A stretch of 56,193 nucleotides of DNA, filler included, from Squatina squatina (GCA_031763465.1; 4 parts of 4 records of this genome joined end to end with filler, not necessarily neighbours in it), one strand, 5' to 3'; positions 37,154 through 49,587 are shown, numbered from the whole stretch's first letter. Notes: a model not told the origin generated them from the sequence alone. Numbers and translations are program-made.

Positions 37154-39420
37154 NNNNNNNNNNNNNNNNNNNNNNNNNNNNNNNNNNNNNNNNNNNNNNN
37201 NNNNNNNNNNNNNNNNNNNNNNNNNNNNNNNNNNNNNNNNNNNNNNNNNNNNNGCATAATACTCAGGGGCTGGTATATGTTAATCAAAAATCCCTGAACT
37301 CCATAACATAGGGTAAATTTCATTATCCAGTGAGATTTGCAAACTAGCAAGGCAGCAATATTTGCTGAAACTGTTGAGGCTGTAATCTGCATGGTCCTGA
37401 ATAGTCAGTTAGCCAAGAAAACCTTACAGTACCACCCCAATTCTTCCTTTACAGAAGATAGCTGTGGCAGTGGAGGCAACAGACTAATTGGGCTTCAGTT
37501 TGAAGCAAACATTGTGGTCACATGAAGAACTGGCATCACGCAACAATGAACCAATTGCTGAACTTGGATTCTTCGCAGTCCAGTGATTGATACTGGAGGA
37601 GATTGTGTCTGTCAGAGAATCCAAACACATTTACTCATGTCATACAAAGCAATGTGGCTTGGCTAGTGCACCCTTTTTGTAACATCCTGTACAAAACATT
37701 ATTCTTCATTTGATTCATTTCATGAGAACACTTTAAATGGTTTACTTTGAAGTAAAATCCTACTTTTAGAATCATTTGTATTCTACACATCAACTCAGTG
37801 TCTTTCACTTTTTATTGAAAAAAAATCATCCATAAATTAATACAAAAATGTATAAACAAATGATCAAAGGTGTGAAGATGGGACAGAAGGCTTTGAGGTG
37901 AGAACTCCAATACTTTTCAATGCTTCTCAGTGCACAGGTCTAGAACTTTGCTGATCTGTCCAACTCTACATGGAAACATGCAAAAAACTAGACCATACAA
38001 GAACAATTTTAATAGGAACCATAATCTACAAACAATGCATGCCAACATTTAAGAAAATGATCTTGTATTGTAGAGGTTTTTTTTGCACATCTGCCTGCAT
38101 CAGTGTTCTGTTGAAAGTTTGACAGACACCTAGTTTCCAGTTACTTTACCAACTTCTTTGTGCAGTGTAATTTGGGTCATATACAAACATAGTGTGGGTC
38201 TTGTGCACCAACATAGTCAAAGTGGTCAAAATGGAAAACTAAGAGAATTATCCTTCATTCCCACAACATGGAACATGTTTGAAGTGAACAGAAGATCTTA
38301 CCAACTAGATAGATATATTGAAATGTTTGAAGGTGTATATAAAAAAACACTTTGTGGTCTGAATTATCTTAAATTGACACTAAAAATAATTNNNNNNNNN
38401 NNNNNNNNNNNNNNNNNNNNNNNNNNNNNNNNNNNNNNNNNNNNNNNNNNNNNNNNNNNNNNNNNNNNNNNNNNNNNNNNNNNNNNNNNNNNNNNNNNNN
38501 NNNNNNNNNNNNNNNNNNNNNNNNNNNNNNNNNNNNNNNNNNNNNNNNNNNNNNNNNNNNNNNNNNNNNNNNNACATATTTAAGTGCTTCATCAAAGCCA
38601 TTTTGGGGAGGGAGAGGAACAGAAGGAAAGAGGAGGGGGGAGGAAAAAACAAGCACAAAAATATGGTTACATGTAGCTATAATCAAAACGGAATACAATT
38701 ACAAGTTTATCTTCGACATTAAAGCAATATACTGGATTCAGAAATAGCAACACAAGTTACCATTTTAAACCACTACCATCAGCAGCTGAAAATAAAACAA
38801 TCAGCATTTTCTTTATTGCTATACGCTCCAACTGCATCACACTCAATCTTCAGGATAATGTATGTAATACTCCTTTGTGAAACATCAGCTTTAAATGCAA
38901 ACAAAAATTAAATAAGGCTAGCAGCCTTTCAAGGACAGATAAGTCTAGGAGAGTGAAATTCTTTGCCTTAAATTTTAGTTAAAAAATCAGCAGGGTCCAA
39001 AATAGGAATTCCATTTTCTGTTCACACCAACCTTTAGGCTAAAACAAAATGGACAGGAGAAAATTCAGCCCTAGACGTCCTCTCATACTGACTGATCATG
39101 ACCTTGCAACAAAAGCTTCCATATCTATTCATTTTGGTTGTCCCTCACTGCAAACAGGGCCTGTGTCATAACACTACCATTCATTAATGGATGGGATCAT
39201 AGACCAAAGAGAGAGATATATATCCTACTATTTTCTTTTTATTAAACTCTCTCTCTTTTGCCCATCCCTTAAATCTGGTCGCATTAGTCTGTTAATGGGG
39301 CATTTACACCCATTAAAAGTTGATCAAGGATTAGGAACCATTAGCCCTTATATTCCCAGTACAACAATCTGAATTTACACAACACTCTTACAGCAGGGAA
39401 ATGTCTCAATGCACATCACA

Positions 39421-39942
39421 GACAAAAGTAGACACTGAGCCAATCAGTTCACTGCAAATGGACAAGTAGACCATGGGCCAATCAGCTCTCTTCAAGTGAA
39501 AACGTCGAGTGTAGCCTAATCGGCTTACTGCAAATGGAAAATTAGTCTGTGGGCCAATCAGCTCACTGCAAATGGACAAATACACTGTGGGCCAATCAGC
39601 TCACTGCAAATGGACAAATAGACCGTGGGCCAATCAGCTCACTGCAAATAGACAATTAGACGGTTGGCCAATCAGCTCAGTGCAAATGGACAAGTAAACC
39701 GTGGGCCAATCAACTCACTGCAAAAGAGAACGTAAACTGTGGGCCAGTCGGCTCACTGCATATGGAAAATTAGATGGTGGGCCAAACAGCTAAGTGCAAA
39801 AGGACACGTAGACTGTGGGCCAATCAGCTCACAGCAAATGGACAATTAGATGGTGGGCCAATCAGCTCACTGCAAATGGAAAATTAGACAGTGAGACAAT
39901 CAGCTCACTGCAGATGGACAAGTATACTGTGGGCCAATCAGC
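39421..39942. repeat. 38-bp minisatellite, at least 14 units, truncated by a gap
   Basis: Consensus GTGGGCCAATCAGCTCACTGCAAATGGACAATTAGACT. The CCAAT position recurs every 38 nt from 39440 to 39934. Confidence 0.95.
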
Positions 39943-41241
39943 NNNNNNNNNNNNNNNNNNNNNNNNNNNNNNNNNNNNNNNNNNNNNNNNNNNNNNNNNN
40001 NNNNNNNNNNNNNNNNNNNNNNNNNNNNNNNNNNNNNNNNNNATAAATTGACAAACATGGTAAGGGGTAAGGGTGAAGGAACTCACCAGATTATTCAGGC
40101 AGCTAAGCTGAAGTTATCAGCTAAATGCCACAGACCAGAGAAGATATTTGGACATCTAAATACAGAACATTATGGAAAAAGTAACGAGCTCAGCAGCTTC
40201 ACGAGTGCCACAAGCCCAGTTCATAATAAAGATGGAAAATGATTTTCTACACTTCTAGTCTTGTGTCTTATGAATTATTAATAGAACAAGATGCCACATT
40301 ATCATTGCCACACATTTGTTTGCTTTTAACAAGATGCTGGTAATTCAAATATAATCAGTTACACTGAATAAATTGAAGCAACCAGGGTTTAATGTTTTAA
40401 CCAAAACATTTGTAAAAATGCCCAACTTTCCCAGAACAATCCAAGAATTTCAGCAGCATGAGTGTGTAGCAGTAAAGATGGCTAAAACAAAGCATCCCAT
40501 TAAATCAGATGTACAGGAACACATACTAATCAAATCCTTACATTTAAAATGAAGGGGATTATATTCAGCGTGTTCTGTGCCTTACATTTACAACAGTGTC
40601 AGACTTATATTTGTTGATCTCAACATGTAAACCTTGTGGTTCAGTAGACTATAAATAAAAAAATATCTGGCAATTCACAGCTTATTTACAAAAACGTCAT
40701 CCACTAGAAGTGTATTAACAATTGCTAGTGAATCAAAAAAATTGGTAATGGTATGATTTTCAGCTAATTTAATATTTGATCACAAGTGATTGGAAAGGAA
40801 ATGGCCCACTTCATTCCTCTTGGCATCCTATGCCAAAATACGATGATGTAATAGCTTCCAACTAATTCTGCAGCCTTGGAATTCAGTTTGATTCATTACT
40901 GTGATGCTGCTGCTTGGATTCATCAGTTTATTTTTCCTTCTTGATCAATGGTGTACTATTATCCAATTGGAAAAGCGGGAATAAGAGGTTACACTGATGG
41001 AGTCCATTATACAATGAATTTCAAGCTTGATGTTTCATATCCACCAGCTCTGCTGTATAGTCATTGAACGTGACCCAACCGGTTATCAAAGAGTAAAATC
41101 AAACTGCTGGCCAATTCCTCAAGACCACGCAGTCCTTTGTTGTGTCGCTGCAGAGTTGTACTGGTAAGAGTTTTACAAGCCCATCAATTTTCTCTTGGCA
41201 AAGGACCCTAACCCTCACTAAACTGCTATGCCTTTTATAGC

Positions 41242-41389
41242 TTAATAGTCACTCACAGGAGCCAGCTCCGGTGTCAAGTTTACAGTTATGTTTTTGTACA
41301 AGACTTCAACTGTGATATTTGGAAAGTACTTCAAGTTTTGAAGGCCATCAAGCTGCTGCCTCTCTTTAGAATGTCTCAGTAGTGCGTAT
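41242..41389 (-). CDS. B4GALT5: Beta-1,4-galactosyltransferase 5/6 (lactosylceramide synthase), last coding exon; not in the ORF track
   Basis: ttgcAG acceptor then (R)YALLRHSKERQQLDGLQNLKYFPNITVEVLYKNITVNLTPELAPVSDY*. Closer overall to recalled B4GALT5 (RYALLRKSKERQGLDGLNNLNYFANITYDALYKNITVNLTPELAQVNEY) than to B4GALT6. Confidence 0.85.
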
Positions 41390-41763
41390 CTGCAACAAAA
41401 AAGGCAATTTTAATACTATATCAAAACATTCAGTTTACTGGAGATGCTTTCATACCAACTCGGGAACAATCTTCTTTCACAAAAGCTATTTGAATTGGTA
41501 TTCAACTAATAATGAACATTGTTGAAAATAGAATAGACTCAATTTTTCAGAATTAACAGTTAGTTAAAAATAGAGTTCAAGAACAGCTTGCATCAATGGA
41601 ATTAAGATTCTGATTGTGGGAATGCAACTTAACTCTAATTTCTAGGAGATTGTGTCCTAAATATCTATTTGCACAGCATGCTGAAGACCAGTACAGCTAT
41701 GTTTGTTGAATAGATGGATAGCGTGTTTTAAGGGGGTGGAGTTTAGAAGATTTTGAATAAGCT

Positions 41764-41863
41764 NNNNNNNNNNNNNNNNNNNNNNNNNNNNNNNNNNNNN
41801 NNNNNNNTTAATTAATTAANNNNNNNNNNNNNNNNNNNNNNNNNNNNNNNNNNNNNNNNNNNN
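41764..41863. other. Artificial scaffold-joining linker N44-TTAATTAATTAA-N44
   Basis: 12-mer at 41808-41819; same structure as the other two linkers. Confidence 0.95.
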
Positions 41864-42983
41864 AAGACACACAATTAACCCCTACACTGCATTTGGATGG
41901 CCTGGTATTTTTGACCCTACCCTGCTGCTTTTTTGACAGGCCCTCCTTGCAGGGACCCCTGCTCTTGGGATCCCTGTCCCCGGCCGTGCCTCTCTTGTGC
42001 CGATGGCAGTATTTGGAGTGGGCCTGAAAATGGGGCAGGCGAGAGGCTGGTGGTGATGGTAATGACTACGGTGGTTTGGGACTTCTGGCAGCAGTGTGCA
42101 AAAAGGCAGTAGACCGCCTGCCGATTCCTGGCCAGATGTCCCGATAGCAAGAGAAGAGGCCTATCTGTCGGGCCGCCACTTGCCCCTGTCCCATCCTCTG
42201 GTTAGAGAGGTTCAGAGACCAAGGCCAGTTTTTTCTGGACAACCCTCCAAACGGGTTGGTGGAACCACAGGAAAATGAGGTGAGCTGATGGGAATGCCCC
42301 TTCCTGCCTCATTTACATGGAAACATGATGCACCTTTGCCCCCACCTCGATGGAGCCCTGAGAACCCTGGGCTTAAATAAAGGCTGGAAGATAACATAGA
42401 GGATGATAACTCCCAAATTACATAGAATTATATAGGATATAGAGTTCAGAAACAGACCATTCGGCTATTTATACTCCACTCGAGCCTCCTGCCATCCTTC
42501 CTCATCTAACTTGCTCAGCTCGATTCCCTGCTCCCTCATATGCTTATCGAGCTTCCCCGAAAATGCATCTACTCATATTTATCAACAGAATGACCTCCAA
42601 ACTGGTGACAGATTGGGTTACTTTAGAATTTCTCTACTGAACTCAAATTTGGTTGATCCCATGGCACTATCCACTGAGGAGCAGGGCTTCAGGTCCTGGC
42701 CAGTATTTACCCTTCAACCAACTCCACCAAAATAGATGAACTAATTATTTGCTATGAGTGGGACCATGAAGTATGTAAATTGGCTACTGTAACTGCCGTA
42801 ACAACTTCAAAAGTAATTAATTGGCTGTAAATTGCTTTGGAACTTCCTGAGGACACGAAAGGAAACACTGTCATGTGATAGCTGAGCAATATTTTCATTC
42901 AATGTTGATTCTTCTCATCAAAAAATGGTAGAATAATGTACAGACCAAGAAACATGCATGTAGTATATTGCAGTTAGCCATAC

Positions 42984-43049
42984 CTGATGAAGGTTGTTGC
43001 CAATTGTATATCCTTGGAAACAGCCAGGTGCTGCCGAGGATGCTCGGAT
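42984..43049 (-). pseudogene. Degenerate partial copy of the PNPLA8 exon ending IRASSAAPGYF...LHQ, out of exon order
   Basis: Reads IRASSAAPGCFQGYTIGNNLHQ|GTATGG. In-frame TAA 7 codons upstream. Lies downstream of the DGG exon in the same contig. Confidence 0.8.
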
Positions 43050-44458
43050 TGAGTCAATTTTATTAGTTTATGATTACTGATCCTATTTGTGGTGCATGAG
43101 GGTCATTTACAAGGCCATAGGTATTATATTTGAAACCTGGGAAAACTGAATTTAAAATACCACAAAGATAAAGTTCACTGAACGGTTCTCACTGGACATG
43201 CAAATTCCAGCAATAAAAATGTGATTAGTTGCAGTAAATGCAATCTCAAAAGGGTTCTCCCATCAGTTATTTAACACCTAATGCTATGGAATGATTTATG
43301 AACAAAGAGTACCAGTTTTAGAGAACCCATCAGATCACTGTGGCCTTAGAAAAAGAAAAATGGTACCCAGCTCTCGGAAATAAAGTCAAAAATAAATGGA
43401 GTCAGGCATTGGTTTAAGGCAGGGGTATCCAACCTGCTGCACCAACTAACAAACTGGCCTTTGAAGCCTACTTAACTCATGCCTATTTGTGTTTCTATTT
43501 TTAATTCGCTGGTTTGACATGCTTGAATGTTTTGGGCACTGGCGGTTTGGAAAGGGCTGTTTTTTTTTTGGCAGTGTTACCTTATTGATGGATTAATCCT
43601 CAATTAGAACACCAAGGTATGTGTTTGTATCAGTAACCTGTGGCATATACAAGTTAACAAGAACACCGCTTTAAACTTTGAGTGCAGCTCCCAAGGCCTA
43701 TGTGATTCACAAAGACAAAAGCGTGGACAACACGTGGGTTACAGCAAAATATACAGGATTAAAAAGGGACTCTTCCTTTAAAAGAAAAGCGCCTCTGGTA
43801 TAATACAGCATTTATCTGGCTTATCACAAAGAGGCAGGGGGTGGATACTGCACTTGAAAGGATTTTTTAAAATGTAAAACTATTCGAATTTATTCCACTG
43901 AAGGTCAAGCTTTAATATGTTCTGAAAGAGGTATATAGCTTAAAAACCTCGCCAATGTTAAGTCGATTGATGATGGGCATCAAATAATCCTTTCATCAAG
44001 CATGGCTTTGTGCACCATAGGATGAACTCTATATGCATAGCTACCATATTTTTCATTGTGTTAGTCACTAATGTTCTTATTAATCATCTTTGGCTGAGTC
44101 TTACGTAGAAAGGACCAAGTGAGGTCTGCAGCTTGAAAGTCCAAAAGATTCCACTTAAATCACGGCTTGGGTGTACACTGATGCACAACACATGCAGTTT
44201 TTCAGTAATCGTCTGTCTTTTAGCTCTACATTTTCAATTTTTATCAAAACAATCACCAAATACATTCATTTTATTTTTGAGCTGCTTTAAAACTCATCCA
44301 TTTTGTTGGATCTGATCTTTCATAGTAATATCTGTAATGTTATTTCTATATGAGGACAGTGTAAGCTTAGCATATGGGAGCTCTGCTGCTGGTCAACTAA
44401 ATCTGCTATTGCAGTTATCTTAAAAATAGCTTCAGCTGTCAATCTTACAGCCACTAAC

Positions 44459-44654
44459 CTTCTGTATCTGTGGCACTGCTGATTACGTTAGTCAGTTTTG
44501 TTTTGAGGCTTGTGTAGGTCACATTGTTTTTCCCCAGTGTTTCATAGCGTCCTGTTCCAAGAGAGATAACACACTGAAAAGGTGCGTTTGGCCACAGGCG
44601 TTTGCACTCATGTATGGCCAATGCACATGGGTTGTTAATGAGCAAGCCACCATC
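44459..44654 (-). CDS. PNPLA8: PNPLA8 (iPLA2-gamma) exon with catalytic DGG motif (196 bp)
   Basis: DGGLLINNPCALAIHECKRLWPNAPFQCVISLGTGRYETLGKNNVTYTSLKTKLTNVISSATDTE(E). ttctAG acceptor, GTTAGT donor. Confidence 0.96.
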
Positions 44655-45197
44655 CTAGAAGAGAGAAATACAAATAGATTATTGAACAACACTGGCAACA
44701 AGACAATCATCTAAATACTACAGTGGATATTTACTAGTTTCTCTTCTGAAGGCACAAACTTGTGTAGGAGTGCAATTCCACTGGTGCAAGTTATCCTCTT
44801 GTAACTTGCTGAAGCAGCTATTCTTTACCAGTGAGCATTGGTAGACAGTGGAGGCATTAAAGCCAAGTCCAAAACTCTCCTTGCCCTCCTTCCACATAAG
44901 GACACTTTCCAGTAGCAGTCATTGGATAGCCAACAGAGAAGGAAGGAATCTCTGTCCCATCACTGCCAGCCCCTGGTTTACTTTGAGAAATTGGTGTCAG
45001 TGATGCCGTTGACAATTGGGCAGCCGATACACTTGGTATAAATAATCTAACGTAGCCCGCTCCTGCAACAGTTCATCTTCCAAGTGTCTGTTGCTGCTGT
45101 GGCTGATTCCAAGCGTGTCATTATCATATTCCTTCCTAAATCTCCCCATCCACCAAACAGCATTCTGCACTGATTCAGACAACCGCCCGACCTATTA

Positions 45198-45388
45198 TCA
45201 CCTGTGGCTCAGTGGGTAGCACTCTGAGTCAGCAGGGTGTGGGTTCAAGTCCACGCTCCAGAGACTTCAGCACAAAATCCCAGGCTGACACTCCCAGTGC
45301 CGGTACTGAGTGAGCGCCGCACTGTCGGAGGGGCGGTACTGAGGGAGCGCCGCACTGTCGGAGGGACGGTACTGAGGGAGCGCCGCAC
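45198..45388 (+). mobile_element. Deu-domain SINE 5' part with internal 33-bp tandem expansion
   Basis: TGGCTCAGTGGG / GGTTCAAGTCC head, then GGTACTGAGGGAGCGCCGCACTGTCGGAGGGAC units starting at 45302, 45335 and 45368, running into a gap. Confidence 0.85.
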
Positions 45389-46461
45389 NNNNNNNNNNNN
45401 NNNNNNNNNNNNNNNNNNNNNNNNNNNNNNNNNNNNNNNNNNNNNNNNNNNNNNNNNNNNNNNNNNNNNNNNNNNNNNNNNNNNNNNNAAGCTGCCATAT
45501 GGTATAGCACTGCTATTGTGTTCACCATCCCAAGACAAATTGCTCCAGTAGGAGGAAAACCTGCCGGGGTGGGGGGAAGCCCAAGAAAGAATATTAACTG
45601 CATACAAGCGGACACGGTCTACATAAATTTTTGATCTTGTATGCATGCATGCATATAAAGTAATATTTTAATATTTATTTAATGTCAATGGTGCAGACTC
45701 TCAGAATAGCATTTATATCCACAAAATAAAAATCATAATCATAAAGATTAAATTTCAATGCTCTTATCACACAAAGCAAACTATATGGGATCAAAGATGA
45801 AACATTAATCTTCAAAGTCTAATCCTTAACTCTCTTGCAGTCCCCCTTCTCCAACCATTCCAAAATTGTATACATCAGCCCTTCTCCTATATCCCTCAGT
45901 CTGGACCTCACACTCTCTCATGGAATACCATCATCTCATATCTTCAACTTATTAAAATTTTCATCTGAATAACTACAGCAACTCAAGTATTGAAACAAAA
46001 ATTACCACCATTCACATAAATACCTGATTTAACCTTTTAAATTTAAGCTTAGTCTATTTTGTAACTTGTACATTCGATATGTATTACCTCTTAGTTGCAC
46101 CTGTCACTGATTTTGAAAATGAGCAATCATTATATTCATATACTTGCAGTAACTGGCTTGCTGCCAACCTTCCATTATCACAGCCAATTTTCTATCTATA
46201 TTTTCTCTAGCAAAATTGATCATTGCTAATTGTACTGAAGTAAAATCCTACTCAGGGGTGCATTTAACAAAATTATTTCTGCTAAGGCAAAATACAGTTA
46301 CTTGCTCCAGTACTAATGAGATTCAGGGCCAAAAGGAGTACTGTTATAATTTTTTCATGGGAAGACTGATGGCAATGATTTTAAGAGTACACAATACATT
46401 AAGTCAGTAAGCTAAACACGTATGCAATAAAGTACAGAAATTTACAACACAAAGAACTCAC

Positions 46462-46519
46462 CTTAGGACTTCTAGGGTTCCTTGCAGTCTGAATTAAAAG
46501 GTCTTCACCCATTCTTTCC
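46462..46519 (-). CDS. PNPLA8: PNPLA8 short exon (58 bp)
   Basis: (x)ERMGEDLLIQTARNPRSPK, compared with recalled human DRMGSALMIETARNPTCPK. tatAG acceptor, GTGAGT donor. Confidence 0.92.
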
Positions 46520-47594
46520 CTATAATTGAGAACATTATTAGCTACAGTTAAAAGAGATCTTAACTCCAAGCTAAACCTCGACAAAAAATACAACTGCAAG
46601 CCATTGATAGTTACTGTGTTCGTATACATGTCCCAGACCTTGTGATTTATAACCCACTGGACGAATTTATTCATTGAGGTCTCTCCCATAAATGGGGATG
46701 GAGTGGCAGAATTGTAATGTGACTGAACAGCTTAAATTAGTCCATTTCTGCAAATGGTGGTCATCGAATAAAAATTTAAAAAATGCACCCGAGTCTCTTC
46801 ATCCGATTAAAATCAAAATTATATTATGAAGTATGAATGAACTGTCGTGAAAATATTTCCGAATTTAAGCTTCAGTATGAAGGAAGTGACTATTACAAAC
46901 AGCATGGGTTTTAATGTTGCTAAACAAAGTTAGCAACATTGATTTTTAAAGTTTTTACATGCTTTACATTTTCTAAATTCATTATGTGTTTGCCTTGTTG
47001 AGGATAGTGAAGAAAATGGGAAATTTACTAAGTTGCATTCCACCTGAAATATTTAGAAAGTTCCTTACTCATAAAACAAGTTTCCACCATATTTCATAAT
47101 CATTAACAGAGAAACCCCAAGGATGTTTTCCTAATTGAAGAGTTTAAGGCTTCACTCATCATTTAGTTTCCTTTTCTTTATAATGCACAGGCTCAAGCTC
47201 CTGGGACAATCAGTGACTCCAGAGGCCAGTTGCCCTCCAAGTACTATCTTTTCTTTCCATCCCCAAAACTATTAAGCAAGGATCTTAACCAAGGTTAACT
47301 GTTACTGATGGAAGCTATAACTTGCACCCTGAAAACCCATCACCAAAAGTCTCTTATCTGAACCTTTGCATGGTCCAGTAGACAATGGTTAATTTTTCAG
47401 TGAACTTCAACCGCCAACAATTCCTGCATGAAATTTCATGAATGGCTAAATCAATCCTTAGCCAAAACTGACATGAGTAGTGGGGAAAATGCTANNNNNN
47501 NNNNNNNNNNNNNNNNNNNNNNNNNNNNNNNNNNNNNNNNNNNNNNNNNNNNNNNNNNNNNNNNNNNNNNNNNNNNNNNNNNNNNNNNNNNNNN

Positions 47595-47670
47595 CTGGGA
47601 CAAAGGTTCGGCACAACATCGTGGGCCGAAGGGCCTGTTATGTGCTGTATGTTCTATGTTCTATGTTCTA
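47595..47670 (+). mobile_element. CR1-type LINE extreme 3' end
   Basis: GGGCCGAAGGGCCTGTT followed by a (TGTTCTA)x3 tail. Confidence 0.7.
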
Positions 47671-49587
47671 ACAAGATGGGAAATCCTGCGGGGTGCTCCA
47701 TGCTCAGATTCTCAATGTGACATTCTGCTCCAGTGTGTAGAAAATACAGTACTGACGTACCCGAACTGTCCAGCACCAGACAGCGTGAGTTGTTCCCTTT
47801 CACTTGGTCTTTTCTGTACTGGACACTAGCAGATAAAGGAAGCACCAGATGGCGTGAAACTTTCCTGTTTACCTGGCATGTACTGCACGCCTGCGGAAGG
47901 TGACGCCAAGTCACAAACAAGTGTGAATAACTGTTTAACCTTTACAGGGCATGTGCACGAACTGGCACACAAATGGTACACCCATATTGCAATACAAACA
48001 CACTCTTTGATTCGACCCAGTAGTTTGGTCCAAGTTGATGAAAGGGTTAGTAGATTTTTTTTAAGCTCCGTTTTCCCCTTAAAAAAATAAAATGGTTCTA
48101 AATTTGACAGATGTGGAATTTTTGGAGAGCAGCAAGTAGCGCGATTAGTACGTCTGTATCTGATGCCCCGGCGAGCGGGTCCCAATGATATCCTGCTCCA
48201 GCCGGGCTAATGTATATTGAACTTTCACTAAACACAGCCCTGGGCGTTCAATGGAAGAGCACCAAACCCACCAAGTGATTGCATTGCCATTGATCGCAGC
48301 GACAGCAGTGCTCCCTTCCACTGTAATGAACTGACTCGTGCATTAACCGTAATCAGCCCCCTCCCCGCAGAAAACAGCGTTCTGTTTCCATCTCCGCATC
48401 ATCCTAATGTCATGAAGCATCTATCAGGAGAAAGATTTTCTATACTTTCATAACGAGAGAACTATCAAATTAAAGCCAACCCAATTTTAAACCCATACAG
48501 TGCTTTGTACTCTGCTCTCAGGGGGCTAGGTAGCTGCTGATTTGTTTTACTGACAGTCACCTTTAACCTCAGCCCCAGTACCAGCCTGTTGTAGCAGCAG
48601 CGTGAGCTGCTGGTTAATCGCTGTGGGATTTTGGACCCAAAATGAGTTGCTTCTTATAGTTTTTTCCCCCTCCCAAGTCGTATTTGGATAGGTTTCCCCT
48701 GGGGAAGGGGAAGGCGGGGGGTGGGCCATTGGTCAATCGCCCTCTTGTATCTCATCCTTCTTGTGTGAGCCAAGACAGTGCGGTCCCTGAGGTTCTGCTG
48801 GTGTTCCACCAGTACCTCCCGCTGTACCTCCAGCAGGAGATGAGTGAGACCTCCCCCTGCGTGATCTTTGGCTGTTCACACCGTTTCCCTGTGACTTTCA
48901 CAGGTCTCCCACCAGAGTTAGGGCAAGTGACCACTAGAACCCCCGCCCCCCCCCCGCCGACCCCATCCCTTGCACTCTTCCCCAGGAATGTGACTTGAGA
49001 AGAGTCCCAGATGAACACTCCCAATGCACCAATGTGAACTTTTATACTTTTCATACCAGCACTCCATATGGTTTTTGAGAAAGATTGCCTGTTTGTGCTC
49101 AATTGCAGACACTTTGGACTACCAACCTGTAAGTGCGTTGTTGTTGTCAAGGCTCTTTTAATGCAAGACCCTTATAGGCATTAGTGGTAAGCCATTATCC
49201 CATCAATGTGGCTAGATGTGAATCTCGGTGCCAGTAAAAGCACAACGTATTAACAAACATTCCCTTGCCCGGTGTATTAACAATATCATTACACAATGCT
49301 ATAGGTTAAAAACAAAGTTATTTTACTGTAGGAAGGATCAAGGCAAAAGCTAAGGCAGCACCCAACCCTTCAAAAAAAAAAACAAGGGCGAGTGTAACAT
49401 CAAAGTTACAGATGGGCCTCCAAGCAACCAACTAACAGCAAAACTGGCAGAAACCTTGGGAATTATTTGCTCAATCTACTGGTCAGATGGCATGTTGTTT
49501 GGTGAAGATAGTGAAGAGGGAGGGCTACCTCGATGCAATATTAAAAGCCACACTGGAAACATTTATTAAAATCAGAAAATCAATTAC

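Noticed and set aside
39421-39942. CRISPR-like regular array
   Set aside because: Units are contiguous 38-mers with no unique spacers, there are no cas genes, and the context is vertebrate. It is a minisatellite.
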